A stretch of 64,000 nt of DNA, taken from positions 19,892-83,891 of the forward strand of contig CAKSOW010000007.1 of assembly GCA_934479825.1 (NCBI GenBank), written 5' to 3'. Source of the DNA: an uncultured Eubacteriales bacterium. GTDB lineage: Bacteria > Bacillota > Clostridia > Oscillospirales > CAG-382. Position numbers and translations under genes: made by a program. The notes beneath the pieces were generated by a model. It did not search any database and was not told where the DNA came from. It saw only the letters and a program-made list of their open reading frames with translations. Positions 38,166 to 48,717 of this stretch are shown piece by piece (the first letter of the stretch is position 1; each line of letters opens with the position of its first letter).

Positions 38166-38783
38166 GTGTTTGACAAATCAACCAAAGAACTGTATGAGAG
38201 CGTAAAAGCGCCCGAAAGTCTGAAAAGCCGTGTTGAAAACATGGCGGCGCAGGCCTATGAAAAAGAAAACGCGCCAAAAGCCGTTTCCCGGCCTTTTTTG
38301 GGCCGCAAGCACTTTGCAAACGCCGCTTATACACTTGCCGCGTGTGCGGCGGCTGTCGCTATCTTTTTTGCTTCACACATGCGCACGCCCGATGCTCCGG
38401 TTTTGCTTGTAAATGGTGAAAACCCGGCCGCACAGACAGTGACGCTTGAATTGACGCACCGCCCGGCTCGTTTTGCGCTGGATGTGCAGACGCTTGACGT
38501 GCCGACCGAGACCGTGTCAATGGTCTTGTCCCTCGAAACGAATGTAAAAACCGAGATTTCCGTATCGCGCGGAGCTGTGTCCGATATGCTGTCCGGGAAA
38601 CCGGCGACGGCGCTGACCTTTTCCGAAGACGCTAAGATCTATTGGGATATCGAGGACATAACCGCAGATGAAACCGCTTATTTAACCGTAAAAAATGCCG
38701 AAACAGGAACTGTATTTTCGGAATATGCCGTCGAAAAGGATGAGCAGACCGGAAACTGGCTTGTCCGGCAGATACAAAAATAA
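38166..38783 (+). CDS. putative single-pass membrane anti-sigma factor
   Basis: GTG start 12 nt after the sigma gene stop, with an AAAGGAGGG RBS. One TM helix (AAYTLAACAAAVAIFFA). The call rests on position only; no zinc-binding anti-sigma motif was found. Confidence 0.4.
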   Translation: MFDKSTKELYESVKAPESLKSRVENMAAQAYEKENAPKAVSRPFLGRKHFANAAYTLAACAAAVAIFFASHMRTPDAPVLLVNGENPAAQTVTLELTHRPARFALDVQTLDVPTETVSMVLSLETNVKTEISVSRGAVSDMLSGKPATALTFSEDAKIYWDIEDITADETAYLTVKNAETGTVFSEYAVEKDEQTGNWLVRQIQK

Positions 38784-38827
38784 CCTTAAAACCTCAAACA
38801 TAATAGTCAAGAAAGGAATTACTTATC

Positions 38828-39658
38828 ATGAAAAAGAAAATTGTGCTTTTGCTTGCTGCCCTTTTGGTTGCCACTGCCGCTTTTGGCTGTGCCAAGAAAG
38901 ATAACGGAGACGGCGATCCCAAAAACGACATTGTTACGCCGTCCGAGGACGACAAGAACAACGAGACCGGAGACGATCAAAAAGACGAGACAGAGGACGG
39001 CAATTCTGCCGCAGAGGATAACAAAGACAACAACGATGAAAACAAAGACGAGAACAAAGGGGAAAACAACGGCGAAATTGTAAAACCGGATGACAGCAAA
39101 AAAGACGACGCAAAGCCGAGTGATAAACCCTCAAAGCCGGATAACACCGAACAGCCCGAGGTTCCCGAAGTCCCGGCACCCGATTCAGGTCTTACGGATA
39201 ACGGCAACACCGGAACATCGGTCGATCTGTCCGGAAAAACCGCTTCGGACATCATTTCGATGATCTATGAGAAAAAGCCGGTCGATTTGGCGCTTGACAC
39301 CACTTCTGTTGACCTTGCCGACAAAGATGCCGTCAAATCCTATGCCGGCCTTACGAGCGCAGACGGCATTAAGGAAATTGCCGTTTCCGAGCCGATGATG
39401 AGTTCGCAGGCGTATTCGTTAGTGGTAGTGCGCGTATCGGACAGCGCCAACGCCGCGTCGGTGGCAAAATCCATGAAAGACGGCATTAACCCGAGAAAAT
39501 GGGTCTGCGTGGAGGCGGACGATATCAAAGCCGCCACCTATGGCGATTTGGTCGTATTCTTCATGGTGGATTCGGACTTTTCCGATACGGTAACAGCTTC
39601 CGACATCATGAATGCGTTCAAATCGATCTGCGGCGGTACGCTTGATTCCGAAATATAA
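38828..39658 (+). CDS. lipoprotein with a D/N/K-rich linker and a DUF4358-like C-terminal domain
   Basis: Lipobox AAFGC followed by a low-complexity acidic linker. The C-terminal region (EIAVSEPMMSSQAYSLVVVRV...GDLVVFFMV) resembles DUF4358. Confidence 0.55.
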   Translation: MKKKIVLLLAALLVATAAFGCAKKDNGDGDPKNDIVTPSEDDKNNETGDDQKDETEDGNSAAEDNKDNNDENKDENKGENNGEIVKPDDSKKDDAKPSDKPSKPDNTEQPEVPEVPAPDSGLTDNGNTGTSVDLSGKTASDIISMIYEKKPVDLALDTTSVDLADKDAVKSYAGLTSADGIKEIAVSEPMMSSQAYSLVVVRVSDSANAASVAKSMKDGINPRKWVCVEADDIKAATYGDLVVFFMVDSDFSDTVTASDIMNAFKSICGGTLDSEI

Positions 39659-39850
39659 CGTGTCGCAAAACTTGGTTTTACGCCACGAGCCAGATTCGTG
39701 CGCTCGCGCCTCATGCCAAAAAAGCTGACGCTTTTCGACACGCGCGAATCTATCGGAGAAAAAATCGTGGCGCGTGTCCCCGATTTTTTCAGAATTCAAT
39801 TTGAATCGGGCTTCGCCCAAAAAAGCCGAAAGACTTTTTTAACAGACTTA
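39659..39850 (-). repeat. family 1 structured repeat, inverted copy
   Basis: Starts one base after the stop codon of the 38828 gene. Its reverse complement aligns with 21869-22076 and 59037-59232 (core GGGCGAAGCCCGATT...AATCGGGGAC...GATAGATTCGCG...TTTTGGCATGAGGCG...TTTTGCGACACG). Confidence 0.85.
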
Positions 39851-39890
39851 GACTGTCAGTCGCTCCCTAAGGCGGTCTGACAGTCTTTTT
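39850..39890 (+). terminator. rho-independent terminator
   Basis: Stem AGACTGTCAG / CTGACAGTCT followed by TTTTT. Confidence 0.7.
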
Positions 39891-39904
39891 GTAGGAGATG
39901 AAAC

Positions 39905-41308
39905 ATGCTTTTTTCCAGTATTCCGTTTTTATATTTTTTTCTCCCGATCTTTTTCCTTATTTATTTTGCCGTACCGAGAAAATTCAAGAACTTTGTGCTT
40001 CTTGTGGCAAGCTTGTTTTTCTACGGCTGCGGTGAGCCGAAATATTTGATTCTGATGTCGATTTCCATTCTTATCGGTTATTTCGGCGGAATGCTTACGG
40101 GTTTTGCTAAGAAAAAAGGCGCAAAACGCGCTTTTCTTTCCCTTTCGGTCTTGCTTCTTGCCGGACTTTTGGGTTATTTCAAATATGCAGATTTCTTTAT
40201 ATCCAACTTTAATGCGCTTACCGGCTTATCCGTTCCGCTTTTGCGTGTGACGCTTCCGATCGGTATCAGCTTTTACACATTCCAGATTTTAAGCTATGTG
40301 GTGGATGTTTACCGCGGCGATACGCCGGTGCAAAAGAACCTTATCACCTTTGCCGCGTATGTCAGCATGTTTCCGCAGCTGATCGCCGGCCCTATTGTGC
40401 GCTATACCGATGTGGAAAAGGAGTTGGAAACGCGCACGCATTCGGTCATTCTTGCCTATGACGGAGTTAAACGTTTTTTGATCGGGCTTTCCAAAAAGAT
40501 CCTGCTTGCCAATCTGTTTGCCGAACTGTGCGATACGTTCCGGGCGTCGGGCGAAAAGTCGGTTTTGTTTTATTGGCTGTATGCGGTCGGTTTTACCATG
40601 CTTATCTATTTTGATTTTTCCGGTTACAGCGATATGGCTATCGGACTTGGCAAAATCATGGGATTCCGCTTTCCGGAAAACTTCAATTATCCGTATCTTT
40701 CGCGAAGCGTCACAGAGTTCTGGCGGCGCTGGCATATGACGCTCGGCACATGGTTCCGCGATTATGTATACATTCCGCTCGGCGGCAACCGCGTTTCGTT
40801 CGGACGCTGGATTTTCAACATTGCCGTCGTCTGGTTTCTCACGGGCTTATGGCACGGTGCGGCGTGGAATTTCGTTTTGTGGGGACTGCTGTTTGCCGTG
40901 CTTTTGGTGCTTGAAAAGCTCTTCCTCAAAAAATGGCTGAATAAACTGCCGCGCATATTGAATCATGCGCTTGTCATGCTTGTCATTATCATCAGCTTTG
41001 TTTTGTTCAATGCGTCAAGCCTTGCCGAGGCGGGAACGGATATAGCCGGTATGTTCGGCGGAACGGGAGTGCCGCTTGTAACGGCAGAAACGCTGTATTA
41101 TCTGCGCAGTTACGCAGTGGTATTTCTTCTCGGCATCATTGGCTGCACACCGCTTCCGGCCACTCTTGTCAAACGTTTTGCGGCAGGGAAAAAGGCCGCC
41201 CGGGTTTACCGCGTGTTAGAGGTGGCGGCGCTTGTGGTGCTGTTACTTGTGTGCACGGCGTTCTTGGTGGACGGTTCGTTCAATCCGTTCTTATATTTCC
41301 GTTTTTAA
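39905..41308 (+). CDS. MBOAT family O-acyltransferase (AlgI/DltB-like)
   Basis: 467 aa and polytopic, with the conserved MBOAT histidine region (FWRRWHMTLGTWFRDYVYIPLGGNR ... WHGAAWNF). Confidence 0.85.
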   Translation: MLFSSIPFLYFFLPIFFLIYFAVPRKFKNFVLLVASLFFYGCGEPKYLILMSISILIGYFGGMLTGFAKKKGAKRAFLSLSVLLLAGLLGYFKYADFFISNFNALTGLSVPLLRVTLPIGISFYTFQILSYVVDVYRGDTPVQKNLITFAAYVSMFPQLIAGPIVRYTDVEKELETRTHSVILAYDGVKRFLIGLSKKILLANLFAELCDTFRASGEKSVLFYWLYAVGFTMLIYFDFSGYSDMAIGLGKIMGFRFPENFNYPYLSRSVTEFWRRWHMTLGTWFRDYVYIPLGGNRVSFGRWIFNIAVVWFLTGLWHGAAWNFVLWGLLFAVLLVLEKLFLKKWLNKLPRILNHALVMLVIIISFVLFNASSLAEAGTDIAGMFGGTGVPLVTAETLYYLRSYAVVFLLGIIGCTPLPATLVKRFAAGKKAARVYRVLEVAALVVLLLVCTAFLVDGSFNPFLYFRF

Positions 41309-41327
41309 CAGAAAAAGGTGATTAAAT

Positions 41328-42434
41328 ATGAAAATAAAGAATCAGGCAATTGCAGGACTTGCCGTGCTGGGCAGCGTATGGGGCTTACTCTCGGCGGCGT
41401 GCTTTTTCAAATCTCCGACCGAAACGTCGGTGTCAGAACGCCGGAAATTGGCGTCTTTTCCCAAAACGAATGCCGAAACGCTCCTTTCCGGACGCTTTAT
41501 GGCCGATTTTGAGACCTACTCGCTTGACCAGTTTCCGTTTCGCGATACATTCCGCACTTTAAAAGCGGTAACTTCGCTCTATGCGCTCGGCAAGAAGGAC
41601 AATAACGGCATTTATCTGTCGGACGGCTATGCGGCAAAACTTGAATACCCGCTCGACGAAGAGTCGGTGGTGTCGGCGGCCGGGAAATTTGCCTCACTGT
41701 ACGAAACCTATATCCGCGATAAGGGCGGAAAAGTATATTTGGCTGTCGCGCCGGACAAGGGATATTTTTTGGCTGACAAAGGCGGTTATCCGTCGCTTGA
41801 CTATGAAAAAATGCTTTCGCTGTTAAAAGAAAATCTGCCGTGGGCTGAATATGTCGATCTGTTTCCGTCGCTTGCCTTGGAGGATTATTATAAGACCGAC
41901 ACGCATTGGCGGCAGGAAAAGATTGTTCCGGCGTCGCGCGTGTTAGCCGAAGCCATGGGCGGCACCGGAATCGGCGAATATACGACCGAAAAAGCGGAGG
42001 TGCCATTTTACGGCGTATATTACGGACAATCAGCACTGCCGCTGCCGTCCGAAACGATATATTATGTGACCAACGATATCTTAGATGGGTGTACGGTGAC
42101 CAATATCGAGACCGAAAAAAGCTATTCGGGGCTGATCGATTTTTCCAAAGCGGACGGCAAAGACCCGTATGAACTGTTTCTTTCAGGCGCGTCGCCGGTT
42201 ATTGTTATTGAAAACCCGTCAGTGACCGCAAAGCGCGAACTTGTCATTTTCCGCGATTCGTTCGGCAGCAGTATGGCGCCGCTGCTTGTGAGCGATTACA
42301 GCAAAGTGACGCTAGTCGATACGCGCTATATTGCGCCGAAATTAGTGGGGAATTTCGTTGATTTTGAGGGCGCGGACGTACTTTTCTTATATAGCACGCT
42401 GATTCTGAATCAGAGCGCGGCTTTAAAATCCTGA
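41328..42434 (+). CDS. DHHW family protein (AlgJ/AlgX-like SGNH partner of MBOAT)
   Basis: N-terminal anchor, the motif KTDTHWRQEK (DxHW), and typical adjacency to an MBOAT gene in Clostridia. Confidence 0.7.
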   Translation: MKIKNQAIAGLAVLGSVWGLLSAACFFKSPTETSVSERRKLASFPKTNAETLLSGRFMADFETYSLDQFPFRDTFRTLKAVTSLYALGKKDNNGIYLSDGYAAKLEYPLDEESVVSAAGKFASLYETYIRDKGGKVYLAVAPDKGYFLADKGGYPSLDYEKMLSLLKENLPWAEYVDLFPSLALEDYYKTDTHWRQEKIVPASRVLAEAMGGTGIGEYTTEKAEVPFYGVYYGQSALPLPSETIYYVTNDILDGCTVTNIETEKSYSGLIDFSKADGKDPYELFLSGASPVIVIENPSVTAKRELVIFRDSFGSSMAPLLVSDYSKVTLVDTRYIAPKLVGNFVDFEGADVLFLYSTLILNQSAALKS

Positions 42435-42550
42435 AAGCCGGAATAGAATCCCGACAATTGGCAAAAATATGTTAAAGTGCACTAATATTGGAGATTATAA
42501 TGCAAATTATCCGTCAAAACAGAGAATTTTCGGACGAGTTCCAAAAATTC

Positions 42551-42579
42551 TTGACAAAGACGGAAAAAGTACTTATAAT
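42551..42579 (+). promoter_or_regulatory. str operon promoter (TTGACA-17 nt-TATAAT)
   Basis: Perfect consensus hexamers at 42551-42556 and 42574-42579. Confidence 0.7.
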
Positions 42580-42653
42580 ATATAAGTCGGTTAGTGTGCT
42601 GTCTTGCGTCATGACAGGGACACGCCGTAAATTTTATGAAGAGGAGGTGCGGT

Positions 42654-43067
42654 ATGCCAACCTTTAACCAATTAGTAAGAAAAGGACGCGAGGACGCTAA
42701 GAAATCCAAGTCTTCCGCTCTTTTGCACGGCTTCAACACGTTAACCAAGCAGCAGACAGATATTGCTGCTCCTCAGAAGAGAGGCGTTTGCACGAAGGTC
42801 TCCACCAAGACCCCGAAGAAGCCGAACTCTGCTTTGAGAAAAATTGCGAGAGTCAGACTGACCAACGGTATCGAAGTTACTTCGTATATCCCCGGTATCG
42901 GTCACAACTTGCAGGAACACAGCGTTGTGTTGATCCGCGGCGGAAGAGTCAAGGACCTTCCTGGTGTACGTTATCACATCATTCGCGGTACTCTTGATAC
43001 GCAGGGCGTTGCCAAGAGAAACCAGTCGCGTTCCAAGTACGGTGCAAAGCGCGAAAAGAAGAAGTAA
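42654..43067 (+). CDS. rpsL: 30S ribosomal protein S12
   Basis: [13 protein letters not shown]...[10 protein letters not shown]...VRYHIIRG is canonical S12. The ATG at 42654 follows GAGGAGG. Confidence 0.97.
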   Translation: MPTFNQLVRKGREDAKKSKSSALLHGFNTLTKQQTDIAAPQKRGVCTKVSTKTPKKPNSALRKIARVRLTNGIEVTSYIPGIGHNLQEHSVVLIRGGRVKDLPGVRYHIIRGTLDTQGVAKRNQSRSKYGAKREKKK

Positions 43068-43249
43068 TTCTTTCTGCTTGACCGAAAAGGCGCAATTTGC
43101 GCTTGTTTAAAGGTATTTTGAGAGGCTAAACCGCATTTTACTTATATGGAATCATATACGGTTTGCGGTGCATATCTCACAAAGTGCTGACGAAAGGTAA
43201 TCATTTCGAGTACCTGTGAATTCATTTTTTAGTGAAGGAGGGAAGTATA

Positions 43250-43717
43250 GTGCCAAGAAGAGGTTCTGTACCCAAGAGAGACGTACTCCCCGATCCGCTG
43301 TACAATTCTAAGCTCGTAACAAAGCTTATCAATAACATTATGTACGACGGCAAAAAGGGTGTTGCTCAGAAAATCGTATATGACGCATTTGAAATCATCA
43401 ATCAAAAAGTAGGCGATCCGCTGGAAAATTTCCAGAAGGCGCTTGAAAACATTATGCCTGTTCTCGAAGTTAAGGCTCGCCGTGTAGGCGGTTCGACTTA
43501 TCAGGTTCCGATCGAAGTCAGACCTGAGAGAAGACAGACACTCGGTTTACGTTGGCTCACGGTTTATTCGCGCGCCAGAAGCGAAAAGAACATGTCTGAA
43601 CGTCTTGCCGGTGAAATCATCGACGCTGTAAACGGACTCGGTTCCGCTGTTAAGAAGCGCGAGGATACCCACAAGATGGCGGAAGCAAACAAGGCTTTTG
43701 CTCATTACAGATATTGA
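43250..43717 (+). CDS. rpsG: 30S ribosomal protein S7
   Basis: (V)[27 protein letters not shown]... is canonical S7. GTG start at 43250 after GAAGGAGGG. Confidence 0.97.
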   Translation: MPRRGSVPKRDVLPDPLYNSKLVTKLINNIMYDGKKGVAQKIVYDAFEIINQKVGDPLENFQKALENIMPVLEVKARRVGGSTYQVPIEVRPERRQTLGLRWLTVYSRARSEKNMSERLAGEIIDAVNGLGSAVKKREDTHKMAEANKAFAHYRY

Positions 43718-43761
43718 TTTTTGCTTTTGCAGAAATGCGAATAAATTAAAGGAGAAAACAA

Positions 43762-45873
43762 ATGCCGAGAACTTGTTCACTTGAACACACAAGAAATATT
43801 GGTATCATGGCTCACATCGACGCCGGTAAAACGACGACGACCGAGCGTATCCTGTATTATACCGGAAAAACGCATAAGATCGGCGAAGTTCACGAAGGTG
43901 CCGCTACCATGGACTGGATGGAACAGGAGCAGGAAAGAGGTATTACCATTACCTCCGCTGCTACCACGTGCTATTGGTCCGGCGAGCAGAAGCAGTATGC
44001 ACCGCACAGAATCAACATCATCGACACCCCTGGTCACGTTGACTTCACTGTTGAAGTTCAGCGTTCCTTGAAGGTGCTTGACGGTTCTGTCACCGTATTC
44101 TGCGCAAAGGGCGGCGTTGAGCCGCAGTCTGAAACTGTTTGGCGTCAGGCTGATGAATACCATGTGCCGCGTATGGCGTATGTCAACAAAATGGACATCA
44201 TGGGCGCAAACTTCTACCGTGTTATCGATATGATGCACGAGAGACTCCATGCAAACGCTGTACCGATTCAGCTCCCGATTGGTGCTGAGGATTCCTTTGT
44301 CGGTATTATCGACCTCGTTCTCATGAAAGCTTTTATTTTCACGAACGATCTCGGTACCGATATCAAGGTTGAAGATATCCCTGCGGATATGAAGGATAAG
44401 GCGGACGAATACCGTGCCGCTCTTCTCGAACACGTTGCTGAAACGGACGAGACCTTGCTTGACAAATATCTCGGCGGTGAAGAACTCACCGTTGAAGAAA
44501 TCAAGGGTGCTATCCGCAAATCTACTATCGCAAATACCATGGTTCCCGTGGTTTGCGGTACTTCTTACAGAAACAAAGGCGTGCAGAAGTTACTTGACGC
44601 AATCGTCGATTATATGCCTTCTCCGCTTGACATTCCTCCGATCAAGGGTATTGATCCGGAGCTTCCTGAGGGCGAAAACGAAACGGTTCGCCATTCTTCG
44701 GACGATGAGCCTTTTGCAGCTCTCGCGTTCAAGATTGCAACCGACCCGTTCATCGGACGTCTTTGCTTTATCCGCGTATATTCTGGTACTATCACCGCAG
44801 GTTCTACGGTGTACAACTCCTGCAAGCGCGGTAAAGAGCGCTTCGGCCGTATCGTTCTTATGCATGCTAACCACCGTGAAGATGTCGACCAGATCTATGC
44901 CGGCGATATCGCGGCTGTTATCGGCGTAAAGAATACGACCACAGGCGATACCCTCTGCGATGAAAATCATCCTGTTATCCTTGAATCCATGGTGTTCCCG
45001 GAACCGGTTATCCGCGTTGCCATCGAACCCAAGACCAAGGCCGGTCAGGAAAAGATGGGCATTGCGCTCTCGAAACTTGCCGAAGAAGACCCGACCTTCA
45101 AGGCTTATACCGATGAAGAAACCGGTCAGACCATCATCGCCGGTATGGGTGAACTTCACCTCGAAATCATTGTTGACAGATTGCTCCGCGAATTCAAAGT
45201 GGAAGCAAATGTCGGTAAACCTCAGGTTTCCTACAAGGAAGCTATCACCAAGAGCACCGATGTGGATATGAAATATGCACGTCAGTCGGGTGGTAAAGGT
45301 CAGTACGGTCATGTTAAGATCCATGTTGAACCCAACGAGCCGGGCGCCGGATATGTCTTTGAAAACAAAGTCGTCGGCGGTGCGATCCCGAAGGAATATA
45401 TTCCTGCGGTTGACGCCGGTATCCAGGGTGCTCTCACAAGCGGTATCCTTGCCGGCTACCAGGTAGTCGATATCAAGGTTACTCTGTACGACGGTTCTTA
45501 CCATGAAGTCGACTCTTCCGAAATGGCATTTAAGATCGCCGGTTCTATGGCTATCAAAGAAGCACTGCGTAAGGCAGGTTCTATCCTTACCGAACCGATT
45601 ATGAAAGTTGTTGTCGTTGTCCCGGATGATTACATGGGCGACGTTATCGGCGACCTTAACAGCCGCCGCGGCCAGATCCAGGGTATGGATCCGATTGCCG
45701 GCGGTCAGCAGATCCGTGCATTCGTTCCGTTGTCCAATATGTTCGGTTACGCAACCGACCTTCGTTCCAAGACCCAGGGACGCGGCACCTATGTTATGGA
45801 GCCGAGCCACTACGAACAGGTTCCGAAGAACATTCAGGAAACCATCGTTGCGGCAAGAGGCAAGAAAGAGTAA
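43762..45873 (+). CDS. fusA: elongation factor G
   Basis: [33 protein letters not shown], and full five-domain length (703 aa). Confidence 0.97.
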   Translation: MPRTCSLEHTRNIGIMAHIDAGKTTTTERILYYTGKTHKIGEVHEGAATMDWMEQEQERGITITSAATTCYWSGEQKQYAPHRINIIDTPGHVDFTVEVQRSLKVLDGSVTVFCAKGGVEPQSETVWRQADEYHVPRMAYVNKMDIMGANFYRVIDMMHERLHANAVPIQLPIGAEDSFVGIIDLVLMKAFIFTNDLGTDIKVEDIPADMKDKADEYRAALLEHVAETDETLLDKYLGGEELTVEEIKGAIRKSTIANTMVPVVCGTSYRNKGVQKLLDAIVDYMPSPLDIPPIKGIDPELPEGENETVRHSSDDEPFAALAFKIATDPFIGRLCFIRVYSGTITAGSTVYNSCKRGKERFGRIVLMHANHREDVDQIYAGDIAAVIGVKNTTTGDTLCDENHPVILESMVFPEPVIRVAIEPKTKAGQEKMGIALSKLAEEDPTFKAYTDEETGQTIIAGMGELHLEIIVDRLLREFKVEANVGKPQVSYKEAITKSTDVDMKYARQSGGKGQYGHVKIHVEPNEPGAGYVFENKVVGGAIPKEYIPAVDAGIQGALTSGILAGYQVVDIKVTLYDGSYHEVDSSEMAFKIAGSMAIKEALRKAGSILTEPIMKVVVVVPDDYMGDVIGDLNSRRGQIQGMDPIAGGQQIRAFVPLSNMFGYATDLRSKTQGRGTYVMEPSHYEQVPKNIQETIVAARGKKE

Positions 45874-45908
45874 TCATGAACAAAGTGTAAAATGTGCCGC
45901 ATGGCATA

Positions 45909-45937
45909 TTGACACTTTGGTCTATTCAAAGTATAAT
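45909..45937 (+). promoter_or_regulatory. internal promoter for tuf (TTGACA-17 nt-TATAAT)
   Basis: Consensus hexamers at 45909-45914 and 45932-45937 in the fusA-tuf spacer. Confidence 0.6.
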
Positions 45938-45986
45938 TGAACCAGTAAATTTTAAACACTTACTTTAAAAACAGGAGGAAATAACA

Positions 45987-47189
45987 ATGGCAAAGGCAAA
46001 ATTTGAAAGAACAAAGCCCCATGTTAACATTGGTACCATCGGTCACGTTGACCATGGCAAGACCACCCTTACCGCAGCCATCACCAAGACCCTTTCTTTA
46101 CAGAACGGTTCTAACGAATTCATGGCTTACGATCAGATCGACAACGCTCCCGAAGAGAGAGCAAGAGGTATCACGATCAACACCCGTCACGTTGAGTACG
46201 AGACTGCAAAGCGTCACTATGCTCACGTTGACTGCCCCGGCCATGCTGACTATGTCAAGAACATGATTACCGGTGCAGCTCAGATGGACGGTGCTATCCT
46301 CGTTGTTGCAGGTACCGACGGTCCTATGCAGCAGACCCGTGAGCACATCCTTCTTGCCCGTCAGGTTGGCGTTCCTGCAATGGTTGTATTCCTCAACAAG
46401 TGCGACCTCGTTGACGACGCTGAACTTCTCGACCTCGTTGAAATGGAAACCAGAGACCTTCTCTCTTCCTACGACTTCCCGGGCGACGATATTCCGATCA
46501 TCCGCGGCAGCGCAAGAGCAGCTCTCGATGCTCCCAACGATTTGAGCGACCCGGCTTACAAGCCGATCCTCGACCTTATGGATGCAGTTGATGATTATAT
46601 TCCGACTCCGGACCGTGCTGCTGATCAGCCGTTCCTTATGCCGGTTGAAGACGTGTTCTCCATCTCCGGCCGTGGTACTGTTGCTACCGGTCGTGTTGAA
46701 AGAGGTCAGGTCAAGATGGCTGACGAAGTTGAAATCGTTGGTCTTTCCACCGAAGCTAAGAAGACCACCATTACCGGTATCGAAATGTTCCACAAGATGA
46801 TGGACTATGCAGAAGCCGGCGATAACATCGGTGCTCTGCTCCGTGGTATTGCAAAGAACGAAATCGAAAGAGGTCAGGTTCTTGCAAAGCCCGGTACGAT
46901 TACTCCTCATACCAAGTTTGTTGGTCACGTTTATGTTCTTACCGAAAAAGAAGGCGGCCGTCATAAGCCCTTCTTCTCGAATTACAGACCGCAGTTCTAT
47001 TTCAGAACGACCGACGTTACCGGTATCATCACCCTTCCGGAAGGCACTGAAATGTGCAATCCTGGCGATAACGTAGATATGAACGTTGAGCTCATCACTC
47101 CTATCGCTATGGAAAAGGGTCTTCGTTTCGCTATCCGTGAAGGCGGTCATACCGTTGGTTCCGGCGTTGTTAGCGAAATCATTGCCTAA
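45987..47189 (+). CDS. tuf: elongation factor Tu
   Basis: [33 protein letters not shown]..., [12 protein letters not shown]. Length 400 aa. Confidence 0.98.
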   Translation: MAKAKFERTKPHVNIGTIGHVDHGKTTLTAAITKTLSLQNGSNEFMAYDQIDNAPEERARGITINTRHVEYETAKRHYAHVDCPGHADYVKNMITGAAQMDGAILVVAGTDGPMQQTREHILLARQVGVPAMVVFLNKCDLVDDAELLDLVEMETRDLLSSYDFPGDDIPIIRGSARAALDAPNDLSDPAYKPILDLMDAVDDYIPTPDRAADQPFLMPVEDVFSISGRGTVATGRVERGQVKMADEVEIVGLSTEAKKTTITGIEMFHKMMDYAEAGDNIGALLRGIAKNEIERGQVLAKPGTITPHTKFVGHVYVLTEKEGGRHKPFFSNYRPQFYFRTTDVTGIITLPEGTEMCNPGDNVDMNVELITPIAMEKGLRFAIREGGHTVGSGVVSEIIA

Positions 47190-47344
47190 CTTTTAAACCA
47201 AACCGACTCCGGTCGGATACCGGAGGTGCGAACGGGAAACCGTTCGCACCTCTTGGCTTTGGCTGGAACTTTGTTCTCAAGCTTATTCATAGCGAAAGTC
47301 TAATTTGCCATAATAGAAATTTTGCGGCATACGAAAATTTAATA

Positions 47345-47495
47345 AACCATATTTTCAGGGCAGGGAGCATTTCCCTACCGGCGGTAAAGTCCGAGGGCGG
47401 AGCGGCGTTTCCTATCTTTTACGCACCCGCAGATCCGGTAAGTTTCCAAAAACAATTCCGGAACCGACAGTATAGTCTGGATAAAGAGAAGATGT
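47345..47495 (+). promoter_or_regulatory. FMN riboswitch (RFN element)
   Basis: Conserved RFN core strings CAGGGCAGGG...CCCTACCGGCGGTAA...CCGACAGTATAGTCTGGATAAAGAGAAGA, located upstream of a RibU-like gene. Confidence 0.85.
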
Positions 47496-47591
47496 GGTAA
47501 GCGTTATTTAAGCAGTTTTGCCGGATAACAGCTTATCTTGTTATGTCCTGAGACGAATTGTCCCGGGAATTTTTTGTTTTGAGGTGTTATT

Positions 47592-48161
47592 ATGCAAAAA
47601 AGCTTAAAAAAGACGGCTTTTGTCGGCGTTTTGTCGGCTATGTCGTTTGTCTTGTTTCTGTTCCCGAAATTTCCGATTCTGGCGGCGTTCCCATGGCTCG
47701 ATCTTGATCTCTCAGACGTGCCGGGCTTGTTTGCCTCTGTTATGATTTCGCCGCTTGCCGGACTTCTTGTAGCGCTGATCAAAAATGTGCTCCATTTGGC
47801 TGTTACATCCACAGCCATGATTGGCGAACTGTCCAATTTCCTGATCAACGGTTCCTTCGTTTTCGCAGTTGGGCTCTTGTATCACTATCTGTTTAAAGCG
47901 TCCGGAAAAAGCAGTATACTCGCGTTTTCTCTCGTTCTGGGCTCGGCTGTACAGATCCTTGCCGCGGTTCTTGTCAATTACTTCCTTATGATTCCGATGT
48001 ATTCGGCATTCGTCAATTTCTCCGAGCTCGGCGGCGCAGAAAAATATATTCTTGCCGGCGTAATTCCGTTTAACCTTATTAAGGATATTCTTGTTTCGGC
48101 GATATTCTTTGCCTTGTTCCGTCTGCTTTACCGGAAATTTCATGGTTATTTACATAAATAG
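47592..48161 (+). CDS. ribU: riboflavin ECF transporter S component
   Basis: Similar to B. subtilis RibU/YpaA as recalled (LDLSDVPG vs IDFSDVPA; AGVIPFNLIKDIL vs AGILPFNMIKGIV). The upstream FMN riboswitch supports the call. Confidence 0.75.
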   Translation: MQKSLKKTAFVGVLSAMSFVLFLFPKFPILAAFPWLDLDLSDVPGLFASVMISPLAGLLVALIKNVLHLAVTSTAMIGELSNFLINGSFVFAVGLLYHYLFKASGKSSILAFSLVLGSAVQILAAVLVNYFLMIPMYSAFVNFSELGGAEKYILAGVIPFNLIKDILVSAIFFALFRLLYRKFHGYLHK

Positions 48162-48244
48162 TTTACATCTGTGTCACATAATATTATTTGATTTTCTCGG
48201 ATGTATGATATAATTTTGTATATCTTGAATGGAGGTGTATCTGA

Positions 48245-48415
48245 ATGGCATATCAGATTTCTGACGCGTGCATCGCATGCGGCGCATGTGCGGACGAATG
48301 TCCTGTATCCTGCATTGCTGAAAAAGACGGTAAGTACGAAATCAACGCAGACGAATGCATCGATTGCGGTACCTGCGCAAGCGTATGTCCCGTAGAGGCT
48401 CCCGCTGCTCAGTAA
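48245..48415 (+). CDS. fdx: 2x[4Fe-4S] clostridial-type ferredoxin (56 aa)
   Basis: Own translation: MAYQISDACIACGACADECPVSCIAEKDGKYEINADECIDCGTCASVCPVEAPAAQ*. It has two CxxCxxCxxxCP motifs and a GGAGGTG RBS. Missed by the track because it is under 60 aa. Confidence 0.9.
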   Translation: MAYQISDACIACGACADECPVSCIAEKDGKYEINADECIDCGTCASVCPVEAPAAQ

Positions 48416-48469
48416 TTGTATTTTGCAATTTCTGCACTTGCCGTTTTGCGGCAAACGCCTTATACTTAC

Positions 48470-48507
48470 GAAAAAGCGCACCGGCTGTGGCCGGTGCGCT
48501 TTTTTAC
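48470..48507 (+). terminator. rho-independent terminator after the ferredoxin gene
   Basis: Stem AGCGCACCGG / CCGGTGCGCT followed by TTTTTT. Confidence 0.85.
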
Positions 48508-48717
48508 GCAAAAAATGAGATGTAAAATGAATTTAATAAAAAAATAAGAAATAAAACTTGACAAAATTCCGGATTTTGTAAACAACGTATTTACTTGTTA
48601 ATATTTAAAATATATAATAATATTGTGGAACATTCGCAGGCGATTTTTCGTCTTATGAGCAAATTCAATCATGATATCAGCTTACATACAGCTTCGGGAG
48701 GTACGCCTTACATAAAA

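Noticed and set aside
44590-47150. Long minus-strand ORFs (406 aa at 44590-45810; 350 aa at 46098-47150; 218 aa at 43777-44433) overlapping fusA and tuf
   Set aside because: They are antisense to universally conserved, unmistakable EF-G and EF-Tu genes. Open antisense frames of this kind are typical of strongly codon-biased genes.
48558-48600. Possible LacI/CcpA-type operator (TGTAAACAACGTATTTAC) upstream of the sugar ABC operon
   Set aside because: The two half-sites are not convincingly symmetric (TGTAAAC versus GTATTTAC), and the match to the cre consensus is poor. The sequence alone does not give enough evidence.
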